DNA from: Microcystaceae cyanobacterium
Lineage (GTDB): Bacteria; Cyanobacteriota; Cyanobacteriia; Cyanobacteriales; Microcystaceae
DNA length: 24,340 bases
Direction: 5' to 3'
Assembly: GCA_041746575.1 (NCBI GenBank)
Contig: JBGTGT010000066.1
Coordinates: forward strand, 1-24,340
Position numbers and translations under genes: made by a program
Part shown: positions 1 through 6,821 of the stretch, piece after piece
Position numbering within the stretch: position 1 is the first letter of the stretch
How the letters are laid out: each line of letters starts with the position of its first letter
Notes under the pieces: generated by a model
The model's input: only the letters and a program-made list of their open reading frames with translations
Databases searched by the model: none
What the model was told of the DNA's origin: nothing

Positions 1-43
1 TTCCTACTAATACTATATTAATATCAGATTTTGTAAATAAAAG

Positions 44-75
44 ATACCAGATAGTTAAATTATACTATCTGGTAT
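44..75 (-). terminator. Intrinsic terminator after the IS110 recombinase gene
   Basis: 12-bp perfect inverted repeat ATACCAGATAGT (44-55) / ACTATCTGGTAT (64-75), followed on the minus strand by CTTTTATTT, just past the stop at 82. Confidence 0.7.
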
Positions 76-81
76 TTAATG

Positions 82-1527
82 TTAAGGTTTTTTCTGCATT
101 AATAAATCGGGGTTGATTTCTTTACCTTGCCAGATAACCAGTAAGATTTTCCAGAGAATTTTAATTGCTTTATCAATGGCTCTGCTGGCTAAATATTCTT
201 TAAGCTTTGCCTGAGTTTTAGAAGCTTTAAGTGCTTTTGAAGGTTTGCGCTTTGCTTGGATGGCATCGGTGATAATTTCCTTAAAAAAGCGATTTTGAGG
301 TTTGTCATCGACAATTTCGTCAATCTTGCTTAATATTGCATCATCCATTGCCATTAAGCTTTTAAGTTGTGCGTAGGCCGGATCAGCTTCCTTCCAGTAA
401 GATTCAGTAATAAGCTTTAATACTGCTGATTTTCTCAAAATTCCTTTACTGCCTACTTTTTCCCTGATTATCTTACTTATTCCCCATTGCATTAGAGTTA
501 ATTTGATTTCCTTATTTCCTCTAACTACTTTGATGGTTGTTTGTCCTGAAGATTCCTCAAATAATCCTCGTCCCATCAGGCAATGAAAATGGCGGTAACC
601 GATTCTTTTTGTAACGGGGTTTCCTTTTTTGGTCTTCTTTCGTTTAAAGATTGAGCGTTTTTCTTTTAAATCTGGTGTTAAAAATTGTTCAAAAGGGTAA
701 ATCTGACATAATGTGATTACTCGATCATAGACCCCAAATTGTAACCAATCGAAACCTTGATTGTATTTATCAAATTTCTTTATTTTGATGATTTCTTGCA
801 AGCATTGACGAATTCTGGCTCGTTCTCGTTGCATATCGTCTATCGTTCGGGCTAAGATAATTAATTCCTCGCTAAATTTCTCTGTTCTTTTATAACTTCC
901 GATATCTTCGGTTAATCGGGTTTTGTATCGGTTTTTTGTGTCTCGTCCGGCGATCCATGTCCATAGAGGCGTTATTCTGTATTCTCCACAAAAATCAATT
1001 TTTCTTAGGCAGGGTGCTTCTGTTTTTAATAAGTTTTTGGCGTGGTTAACCAGTTGTCTTATTCTTCTATTGATTCTTTCCTTTTGTAAAAACAGTTGAT
1101 AGGCGGTTTCTAGTTCAGGAATTCTGACACGGTTATAGTAGCCTAAGTCTTGGTCAAGTTCCCGTCTCCAACCGTCATAAGCGATGGCTACTGCATCATG
1201 TTCATCATCGGACATATCCCAGCCACAATTCTTTCTGATAGCGATAATCATGTTATTTTTAATGATTCTGACTTCTTTTCCTGCTCGTCTGAGTTCATCT
1301 TCGATATTCTTAGAATATCTTCCTGTTGGTTCGAAGCAGTAGATATCGCCGAGATGGATCAATAGTTCCATACTGCTTTTAGTATCTTTGATATCATGGA
1401 AGTCACAGATATCGAAAAAGTCTTTAGCCTTGCTGGTGGGGTATTTGTTATAATCTTCGTGAGTCAGTCGCACGGCAACAGATCGGTCTTCGCTCACGTC
1501 GATTCCGATGATAATGGGTTTATTCAT
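82..1527 (-). CDS. IS110-family DEDD recombinase/transposase (bridge recombinase), 481 aa
   Basis: RuvC-like DEDD motifs GID10VS, FE66PTG and D108EHD111A; coiled-coil middle; C-terminal GLFEESS327G matching the IS110 catalytic-serine loop, followed by GN. Confidence 0.88.
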   Translation of the reverse strand: MNKPIIIGIDVSEDRSVAVRLTHEDYNKYPTSKAKDFFDICDFHDIKDTKSSMELLIHLGDIYCFEPTGRYSKNIEDELRRAGKEVRIIKNNMIIAIRKNCGWDMSDDEHDAVAIAYDGWRRELDQDLGYYNRVRIPELETAYQLFLQKERINRRIRQLVNHAKNLLKTEAPCLRKIDFCGEYRITPLWTWIAGRDTKNRYKTRLTEDIGSYKRTEKFSEELIILARTIDDMQRERARIRQCLQEIIKIKKFDKYNQGFDWLQFGVYDRVITLCQIYPFEQFLTPDLKEKRSIFKRKKTKKGNPVTKRIGYRHFHCLMGRGLFEESSGQTTIKVVRGNKEIKLTLMQWGISKIIREKVGSKGILRKSAVLKLITESYWKEADPAYAQLKSLMAMDDAILSKIDEIVDDKPQNRFFKEIITDAIQAKRKPSKALKASKTQAKLKEYLASRAIDKAIKILWKILLVIWQGKEINPDLLMQKKP

Positions 1528-1554
1528 AGTAAAAACGGTCTAAGTGGGTGGATA

Positions 1555-1848
1555 AAGCTTGATTCGTCTGTGAATGACCAAAGACTGCGTTAAGCGTCTG
1601 ATTCCTACTTAAGACTCTCTATCAAGCTTGAGGGAAAACCCTCGTGAGACTGTGGCTAAACAGTCCCAAGAGGTAACCGACCTTAAGTGAGTTAACTGTT
1701 GGGAGTGTTTAAAAGTGAGAAGTTAAGCGTCTGTGAAAGGACTAAGACTCCTTAAAAAGCGTCTGTTTCATTTAAAAGACTCCTTAACTTCTCGGTGTTT
1801 GTTGGTCATTTAGCCATGACTGTGGGATGTGGGATAGAAGCCTATCCC
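1555..1848 (-). ncRNA. Putative bridge RNA: target-binding loop (1717-1793) and donor-binding loop (1555-1629) plus accessory hairpins
   Basis: Four CGTCTG-N10-AAGACT units. Closing stems are AAGCTTGAT/ATCAAGCTT (9 bp) and GAGAAGTTAAG/CTTAACTTCTC (11 bp). The variable 10-mers match the element ends and the host flank. Strand and RNA ends are inferred, not observed. Confidence 0.85.
1565..1781 (+). repeat. Four CGTCTG-N10-AAGACT units (1565-1586, 1595-1616, 1728-1749, 1760-1781)
   Basis: Read directly; the 10-mers are TGAATGACCA, ATTCCTACTT, TGAAAGGACT and TTTCATTTAA. Confidence 0.97.
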
Positions 1849-1887
1849 CTTAGTCTCTCAATTCAATTGAGTTAAGAGACTAAGGGG
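1846..1887. repeat. 13-bp perfect inverted repeat (hairpin) upstream of the guide loops
   Basis: CCCCTTAGTCTCT (1846-1858) / AGAGACTAAGGGG (1875-1887). Could be a 5' stem of the RNA or a processing/termination site. Confidence 0.8.
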
Positions 1888-2019
1888 GTGGGTTTCATTT
1901 GTTGAGATAAAGTATTGTATTGCCATAGCTCCTAAGATACAGATTAATCCTGTAGAGATAAGTGCTTTGAGTGCTTCTAAATTCGTGTTAATCTCCTTTA
2001 GTAATTCAAGTTCTGTCAT
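1858..2019 (-). CDS. Small putative membrane protein, 53 aa (MTELELLKEINTNLEALKALISTGLICILGAMAIQYFIS...)
   Basis: Manual translation; starts 5 nt after the upstream RHH gene stop; one hydrophobic segment; 3' end overlaps the 1846-1887 hairpin. Confidence 0.5.
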   Translation of the reverse strand: MTELELLKEINTNLEALKALISTGLICILGAMAIQYFISTNETHPLSLLTQLN

Positions 2020-2024
2020 AATTT

Positions 2025-2171
2025 CTAGATATTGGGTAATGATTTAATCCAGTTACGGATTAAATCGGATTTGGTGATCCTACAGATTTGAGCATAGCGA
2101 TTAAGTTTGGCCTCCTGTTCGGGGCTGATCCTCGCTCGTAACCAAGTGTTAAAGGTTTTGTCTTCAGTCAT
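2025..2171 (-). CDS. Ribbon-helix-helix (CopG-like) DNA-binding protein, 48 aa
   Basis: Manual translation MTEDKTFNTWLRARISPEQEAKLNRYAQICRITKSDLIRNWIKSLPNI: alternating beta strand, helix, then the TKSDLIR motif typical of RHH proteins. Confidence 0.75.
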   Translation of the reverse strand: MTEDKTFNTWLRARISPEQEAKLNRYAQICRITKSDLIRNWIKSLPNI

Positions 2172-2223
2172 CTGTAGTCATCTGTTAATATGAGGGCGTT
2201 TTTGTAATTTAATTCGGTTCAAT

Positions 2224-2260
2224 ATAGGGGGCGATCTATTTGGAGTAGATCGCCCCCTAT
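2224..2260. repeat. 15-bp perfect GC-rich inverted repeat (candidate packaging/origin hairpin or operator)
   Basis: ATAGGGGGCGATCTA (2224-2238) / TAGATCGCCCCCTAT (2246-2260) with a 7-nt loop; function inferred only. Confidence 0.7.
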
Positions 2261-2310
2261 TTGATGTGAATAGCCTTATCGCTTTTTATTTTTTCTTGTA
2301 GAATAAGGTC

Positions 2311-2338
2311 ATCATACACAAAAAAAAAAAACAGTCAA
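2311..2338 (-). promoter_or_regulatory. Sigma70-type promoter for the leftward operon, with a homopolymer spacer
   Basis: Minus strand TTGACT (2338-2333), 16 nt, TATGAT (2316-2311); the spacer contains a 12-nt T run (A run 2320-2331 on +). Confidence 0.6.
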
Positions 2339-2379
2339 TATTCTTTCAATTTTTTACATAGTGTTAAGGATGGTTAGGT

Positions 2380-2718
2380 ATGCTAAAGAAAGAAGGTAGG
2401 GGGCGACCAAAAGGATCTTTATCGAGCAGAGTAGGCAAGACTCAAGCTAGTATAAGCATGTCCGCTGAGGCGTGGGCGATTCTCACTAAGCGAGCTAAGG
2501 ATTTAGGCGTTTATAAGAGTGATTATATTGAAAATTTGGTGCGTCGTGGCGATAATGTTACTTACGATTTATCTATTTCTTTTCTAATTGAGATGGTAGT
2601 GAATTTGGAAAAGGATATTATTTCTTTAGAATTGACGAAAGTGGAATTACAAGAAAAAGCAGCAGATATCCGTAAATTTTTGCGAGAAATAGGCGTAAGT
2701 CCTAATATAATGCCTTAA
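2380..2718 (+). CDS. Putative RHH-type regulator with a GRPKG N-terminal arm and C-terminal coiled coil
   Basis: GRGRPKG, then ASISMSAEAWAILTKRAKDLGVYKSDYIENLVR (RHH pattern), then heptad-spaced leucines. Confidence 0.65.
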   Translation: MLKKEGRGRPKGSLSSRVGKTQASISMSAEAWAILTKRAKDLGVYKSDYIENLVRRGDNVTYDLSISFLIEMVVNLEKDIISLELTKVELQEKAADIRKFLREIGVSPNIMP

Positions 2719-3017
2719 ATTATGAAGGAGGCGTGAGATTGATAGCTAGGACGGTGTATTTAGCGTTTTTTCTTGGGAGATTAGTAAAAACAGTCAGCTA
2801 TCAGTCTCCGTCTCCCCCTCACAAAAGGCGTAAAGGGGGCTTTATGCGAGGAACGAGCTTATCCCCGTTGCTTTATAGATAAATCTCATTGGTAAAGATT
2901 TGTAATTGTATCCCTCAGTGATTTTCCCCTTATTTTTATCAATTACTATCGGGTATTTTAAAACTAACAGCAGGTTAAATGATCACCTAGTTGGTTAACA
3001 ATAGCTAAAAATGCTTT

Positions 3018-4004
3018 ATGTCTATCTCCTGTCGCTTTGATTACCTTCAAGGTACGTTTTACTTTAGCGAGCTTGACTTTTTCTCTCGATTGCTTGATAA
3101 ATTATCAGGGCTGTTGTTTCCGGTCGTGGATCAATGGTTTTGGCTAGATCATGGGATGTTTAGCGGTGAGTTTTTCTCTCGTGCGTTTACCTCTTTAAGT
3201 GGCTTTCGGGGTGGCATACGATGGGATAGAGATCAAGGCAAATATCGGGGAATTTTATTTATTTCTGGGCAATTTTTAGAATGCTTAGATGCATCTTTAC
3301 AGCGTCGTCTTGTTTGCGCATTAAAGCGATTACAATTTCGGTTTACTCGTGTTGATGTTTGTCTTGACGATTGGAATAGGCGTATTCAGTTTGAATGGGT
3401 TAAAAAGGCAGGTGATAAGGGACTGTATCGCTATTTTCAACACTTTGATTATCGGGCTTCTTGCTTGAGTAAGACAGATCAAATTGTGCCTACTTGTGTG
3501 TTTGGTGCTGATCTTTCCGATAAAAAATTGAGATTTTATAATGCTGAGGCTGTTCATGGCTTTTTAGCGGATCGGTGGGAGCTTCAACTCCGGCGTGATT
3601 ATGCCCAAAAAGTGATTGATGATTATTTAAGTTTAGGGGCTTCGGTTCTTCCAGCGTTTGTCGTTGGAGCAATTGATTTTGTAGAGTTCAAAGTTAAGCT
3701 AACCCGTGATTATTGTCGAGTTGCTTGGTGGCAATCGTTGATAGATGCTGTTGATTTTGAACCCAGACGAATATCTGTCAAGCCGTCTGTGCCGAATATA
3801 GATCGGGTTTTAGTTTGGCTTCAGAAACAAGTTGCTCCTAGTCTAGCGGTTCTTCATGAGGGTATGGAGTCCGAAACGTTTGAAGCTTACGTTCGGTTCT
3901 TAGTTGAAGATGGCATTTGTCGTTTTCAGGATAAGCATTCTGCTTTAATTACTCGTCTTCAATCTGTTGACGATTCAGATTTATTAAATGAAGGAGAAAG
4001 TTAA
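3018..4004 (+). CDS. Rolling-circle replication initiator, Rep_trans family
   Basis: Motifs FTRVDVCLDD, TCVFG...S.KKLRFYN (catalytic Tyr), RWELQLR and WLQKQVAPSL. Confidence 0.88.
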   Translation: MSISCRFDYLQGTFYFSELDFFSRLLDKLSGLLFPVVDQWFWLDHGMFSGEFFSRAFTSLSGFRGGIRWDRDQGKYRGILFISGQFLECLDASLQRRLVCALKRLQFRFTRVDVCLDDWNRRIQFEWVKKAGDKGLYRYFQHFDYRASCLSKTDQIVPTCVFGADLSDKKLRFYNAEAVHGFLADRWELQLRRDYAQKVIDDYLSLGASVLPAFVVGAIDFVEFKVKLTRDYCRVAWWQSLIDAVDFEPRRISVKPSVPNIDRVLVWLQKQVAPSLAVLHEGMESETFEAYVRFLVEDGICRFQDKHSALITRLQSVDDSDLLNEGES

Positions 4005-4610
4005 ATGTCTCAAATTGTTTTTTGTGTAGAACATCAAAATTATACTCGTAAAAATGGGGATGAAGTTGACAATTACATTTGTCATTATTTTGATCCTTCA
4101 GAATTTGAAAATTCGGCGTTATATAAAGGGGTTCAGCTGTTGAATAAAGTTTCTTCTTTAGGCTTTGAGAATTTTCCCCATGTTCCCGGTGTTTATGAAA
4201 TGTCTTCTCGGCCTTTAAAGCGGTTTGGTAATTTTGTTTCTTCTCTTAAAAGTTTGCGTTTTTTGAAGTCTGTTGATTCAATTGTCCCTAAAGGAGAATA
4301 CTTTATTGTTTTTGGGGTAAGGGTTGTTTGTAATTATAAGCCTCTTAATTCTACTCAAGTTTTAAATGGGGTCAAATTTTTTGCGATTGATCCGACGGGT
4401 TCTGATAATTTAGATATTAAAGGTTATCCTGTTTTTGAGCAATTTATTTCGGGATTAACGCTTGATAGTTTTCCAAAAATTCCTGCTTATTATGATTTTC
4501 AGTTTAAAGAAAAGCGGGGTAAAAATGGCGAAGCTATTTTAGAGGTAGTTAGTGTTCAGTATGTTGAGTCCTTTTTTAATTCAGAAAGTCTTAGTCAGGA
4601 AGGTGAATGA
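4005..4610 (+). CDS. Putative ssDNA-binding protein (pV-like) made of two tandem homologous domains
   Basis: Directly follows rep. An internal repeat IVF.V..NY...N...DP...KG...FP..P..Y occurs twice; beta-rich and aromatic. Function inferred from position. Confidence 0.6.
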   Translation: MSQIVFCVEHQNYTRKNGDEVDNYICHYFDPSEFENSALYKGVQLLNKVSSLGFENFPHVPGVYEMSSRPLKRFGNFVSSLKSLRFLKSVDSIVPKGEYFIVFGVRVVCNYKPLNSTQVLNGVKFFAIDPTGSDNLDIKGYPVFEQFISGLTLDSFPKIPAYYDFQFKEKRGKNGEAILEVVSVQYVESFFNSESLSQEGE

Positions 4611-4738
4611 TGATCACTGATGATCAAGCGATTCAATTTATCATCTTTCTCTGTCAGTCTATTAGAGATTGTTTGATGTTAATTTACTTTGTAGCTACTG
4701 GCATTAAAATCATGAATTTTTTCCTAATAGGATTGTAA
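4607..4738 (+). CDS. Small hydrophobic protein, 43 aa (minor virion protein candidate)
   Basis: Manual translation MMITDDQAIQFIIFLCQSIRDCLMLIYFVATGIKIMNFFLIGL; ATGA overlap with the upstream stop. Confidence 0.65.
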   Translation: MMITDDQAIQFIIFLCQSIRDCLMLIYFVATGIKIMNFFLIGL

Positions 4739-4741
4739 ATA

Positions 4742-5011
4742 ATGTGCTTATCTTTTTCCCTTACTCTTACAGGTTGTAAATCTCGTGATCTTGATGTTTT
4801 AAAATCTGTAATTTCTCAGATTTCTACTCAATTAGAGATTAGTAAGCCAGAATTTTCTATTACACAATGTAATATTGATTTTTGTTGGGATATTAATATG
4901 AATAATTTATTTCATATTTTTGTTTCTTCATCGACAGAAATCATTTTCACAATTTTATTATGGCTAGTTTTCCATTTATTTTATTCAGCGATTCCAAGTC
5001 AGTCTAAATAG
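4742..5011 (+). CDS. Small phage protein with a C-terminal TM segment
   Basis: ORF track; IIFTILLWLVFHLFY hydrophobic stretch; start uncertain (alternative ATG at 4898). Confidence 0.55.
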   Translation: MCLSFSLTLTGCKSRDLDVLKSVISQISTQLEISKPEFSITQCNIDFCWDINMNNLFHIFVSSSTEIIFTILLWLVFHLFYSAIPSQSK

Positions 5012-5019
5012 GAAGAAAA

Positions 5020-5193
5020 ATGTTTTTATTTAAAATGATGATTGCCTATTCTAAGGCTAAATTCTTAGGAATTCCGTTACCTTTTTTCCCAATTTTATTA
5101 TTGGTCGCGTTTATTATTACTTGGGAGATTGTTAAGCGAAGACCAACCAAAAGGAGAAAAAATGCTCGCCGTAAAGTACCTCGCCGAAATTAA
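5020..5193 (+). CDS. Small TM protein with an Arg/Lys-rich tail, 57 aa
   Basis: Manual translation MFLFKMMIAYSKAKFLGIPLPFFPILLLVAFIITWEIVKRRPTKRRKNARRKVPRRN. Confidence 0.6.
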   Translation: MFLFKMMIAYSKAKFLGIPLPFFPILLLVAFIITWEIVKRRPTKRRKNARRKVPRRN

Positions 5194-5329
5194 ATTTAGT
5201 GAAATTCAATTAGATCCTCCCAAAGAATTTGTAGATTCTAATTTTATCGCTCACATTCAGCCTCATTTTGTTACTTTCTTATTCGCTTTAGCCTCAATTG
5301 CTATTTTCAGAAAACTTACAGGTATTTGA
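5162..5329 (+). CDS. Small virion-like protein, 55 aa, C-terminal TM and basic end
   Basis: AGGAG RBS before ATG 5162; ends ...FVTFLFALASIAIFRKLTGI. Confidence 0.7.
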   Translation: MLAVKYLAEIKFSEIQLDPPKEFVDSNFIAHIQPHFVTFLFALASIAIFRKLTGI

Positions 5330-5331
5330 TC

Positions 5332-5550
5332 ATGAATTCTTGCTATTTAATTGATGATTCTTGCCAGTGTGGTAAAAATTTATCTGGTTCCAATCCTTGT
5401 TTTGATATTGGCGGCGGCAATATTAGCGGTGGCCAGTTTGGCGATCAGGCCGTTGGAGCTTTTGGCGGTTTTTTAGGCTCTAATCCGGGGCTGGTTGGTG
5501 CTTTGGGGTTATCGTTGGGTGTTGGATTTTTGATGAGGGCTTTTAAATGA
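5332..5550 (+). CDS. Small Cys/Gly-rich virion-like protein with C-terminal TM
   Basis: MNSCYLIDDSCQCG...C; Gly-rich; ends GLSLGVGFLMRAFK. Confidence 0.7.
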   Translation: MNSCYLIDDSCQCGKNLSGSNPCFDIGGGNISGGQFGDQAVGAFGGFLGSNPGLVGALGLSLGVGFLMRAFK

Positions 5551-5714
5551 TTTTCTATTTTCTTCAATCCGATTCTACCGCCAAAGCTTTAGAGGATATC
5601 CAGTCAATGCCTCAATTCTTTGCTGATGCGATCAACTGGGGAATTGATGCTAGTTACGTGGCTGTTGGTTTTATGGCTTTGCTCGCTCTTGGTGTTTCAA
5701 TGTTTAAAAGGTGA
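5547..5714 (+). CDS. Coat-like small protein, 55 aa
   Basis: Manual translation MIFYFLQSDSTAKALEDIQSMPQFFADAINWGIDASYVAVGFMALLALGVSMFKR: acidic/amphipathic N-part, TM, basic end; ATGA overlap. Confidence 0.7.
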   Translation: MIFYFLQSDSTAKALEDIQSMPQFFADAINWGIDASYVAVGFMALLALGVSMFKR

Positions 5715-5719
5715 GAAAA

Positions 5720-5854
5720 ATGGTTCCTAAAAAATTAGAAAAAACAACTGATTATTTGGATTTAACTTTGATTGTATGGATGATAGCTACTCAATTAATT
5801 ATTACCTATACTTTGTCAAAAATATTGATTATTTTGTCAATTTCTCCACACTAA
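5720..5854 (+). CDS. Small hydrophobic protein, 44 aa
   Basis: Manual translation MVPKKLEKTTDYLDLTLIVWMIATQLIITYTLSKILIILSISPH; AGGTGA RBS-like sequence upstream. Confidence 0.6.
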   Translation: MVPKKLEKTTDYLDLTLIVWMIATQLIITYTLSKILIILSISPH

Positions 5855-5930
5855 AGGCTTGTCCGGACAAGGGTTTTTTGAGTTCCTAAAACTCAGCTGT
5901 ACTTACCACTTACTTTTTGAGGTGAAACTA

Positions 5931-6179
5931 ATGAAATCAATGAATTTTTCGCAAAAAATGGTCTTAGGATCTGCTACTGCTATCCTTGTAGTCCTTGGAT
6001 CTGCTGGCGTGGCGGGTGCTTGGGGTAAATCAGATTATGATCAAGAACTTGAAAAAGTTGGCGCATTTTCTGATGCAATTGGTGCTATTGTAGCGTCAAT
6101 GACTACAATTGCTATTACGCCTATTGGTATCGGTGCGGCTGTCAAAACGTTTCGCCATATCGTTCTTAATAACGTTTAA
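5931..6179 (+). CDS. Major coat protein candidate (pVIII-like) with signal peptide
   Basis: GAGGTG RBS; 30-aa leader ending AGA; 52-aa mature part with acidic N-terminus, Ala/Ile/Gly-rich helix and basic KTFRH; followed by a terminator as in Ff phages. Confidence 0.75.
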   Translation: MKSMNFSQKMVLGSATAILVVLGSAGVAGAWGKSDYDQELEKVGAFSDAIGAIVASMTTIAITPIGIGAAVKTFRHIVLNNV

Positions 6180-6186
6180 TTTTTAG

Positions 6187-6208
6187 GGGGGGAATATCCC
6201 CCCATTTT
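6187..6208 (+). terminator. Terminator-like hairpin after the coat gene
   Basis: GGGGGGA-ATA-TCCCCCC followed by ATTTT. Confidence 0.55.
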
Positions 6209-6211
6209 CTC

Positions 6212-6571
6212 ATGAAAAAGTTATTTTCTCGTTTTTTAGCTGGATTAAAATATGGTTTTTTAGGGATATTTATCTTTTTTATTCTTTTTAAACCTGTATA
6301 TGCTCAAGATTTACAAGTCGATGTAGAAATTGGCCCTCGTTTTGATCCTGATGATCAGTATGTTATTACGAGTTGTATGAGCGAGAACTGGGATAATATT
6401 TTTCCTCTAAATTTCGTCTCTGAATACGAACCTCAGCCTATTTCTGCTGATTGCCCTAAGTTAGAAATTTTTAATAATAATTATGAGGCTTGTTACTTAA
6501 TAGATATTTACGAAATAATTGAACCGGCTATTTTATTGGGACTTTTTACTTATGCTATTATCCATCTTTGA
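6212..6571 (+). CDS. Short pIII-like protein (signal peptide, Cys-containing ectodomain, C-terminal anchor)
   Basis: Leader ending VYA; acidic region with 3 Cys; C-terminal ILLGLFTYAIIHL; lies between coat and pVI-like genes. Confidence 0.55.
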   Translation: MKKLFSRFLAGLKYGFLGIFIFFILFKPVYAQDLQVDVEIGPRFDPDDQYVITSCMSENWDNIFPLNFVSEYEPQPISADCPKLEIFNNNYEACYLIDIYEIIEPAILLGLFTYAIIHL

Positions 6572-6821
6572 TTTTTTTTCCTACTATTTTCTACAAGAAC
6601 AAATGCCTGCTTATGGTGAATGGGCCTGTAATTTATCGTCTCGGTGGGCTTTTCAATTATTTCCCTCTACTCACACAATTAAGAGTTTATCAGATCAATT
6701 ATCTGGCAATATTCCTTTTTTGGGTGATTATCTAATTTTTAAGATGATCAATAATATTTGGGATCTACTTTGGTGCGTTGCTACTTATAAAGTTATTAAA
6801 ATTATGCCGGGCAAATTCTAA
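6552..6821 (+). CDS. pVI-like minor virion protein
   Basis: Hydrophobic ~89 aa ending WCVATYKVIKIMPGKF; upstream of the ATPase; ATG 6552 preferred over TTG 6519. Confidence 0.6.
   Translation: MLLSIFDFFSYYFLQEQMPAYGEWACNLSSRWAFQLFPSTHTIKSLSDQLSGNIPFLGDYLIFKMINNIWDLLWCVATYKVIKIMPGKF

Noticed and set aside
1150..1593. ORFs 1150-1365 and 1396-1593 (+)
   Set aside because: Antisense to the recombinase and overlapping the guide region; no recognisable features.
1565..1781. Mini CRISPR array
   Set aside because: Constant parts are only 6+6 nt, variable parts are 10 nt, no cas genes are present, and the variable parts match the element's own junctions.
82..1793. Canonical TIGR-Tas (TasR nuclease) locus
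   Set aside because: Only two modules, each closed by its own stem; paired guides overlap on a shared core; the protein keeps the IS110 SSG serine loop. A recombinase fits better.
2780..3010. Double-strand origin (nick site) for the Rep_trans protein
   Set aside because: The location is plausible and has weak hairpins and an AATAGC, but I could not identify a convincing nick-site stem-loop.
3330..3672. ORFs 3330-3557 and 3490-3672 (-)
   Set aside because: Antisense shadows of rep.
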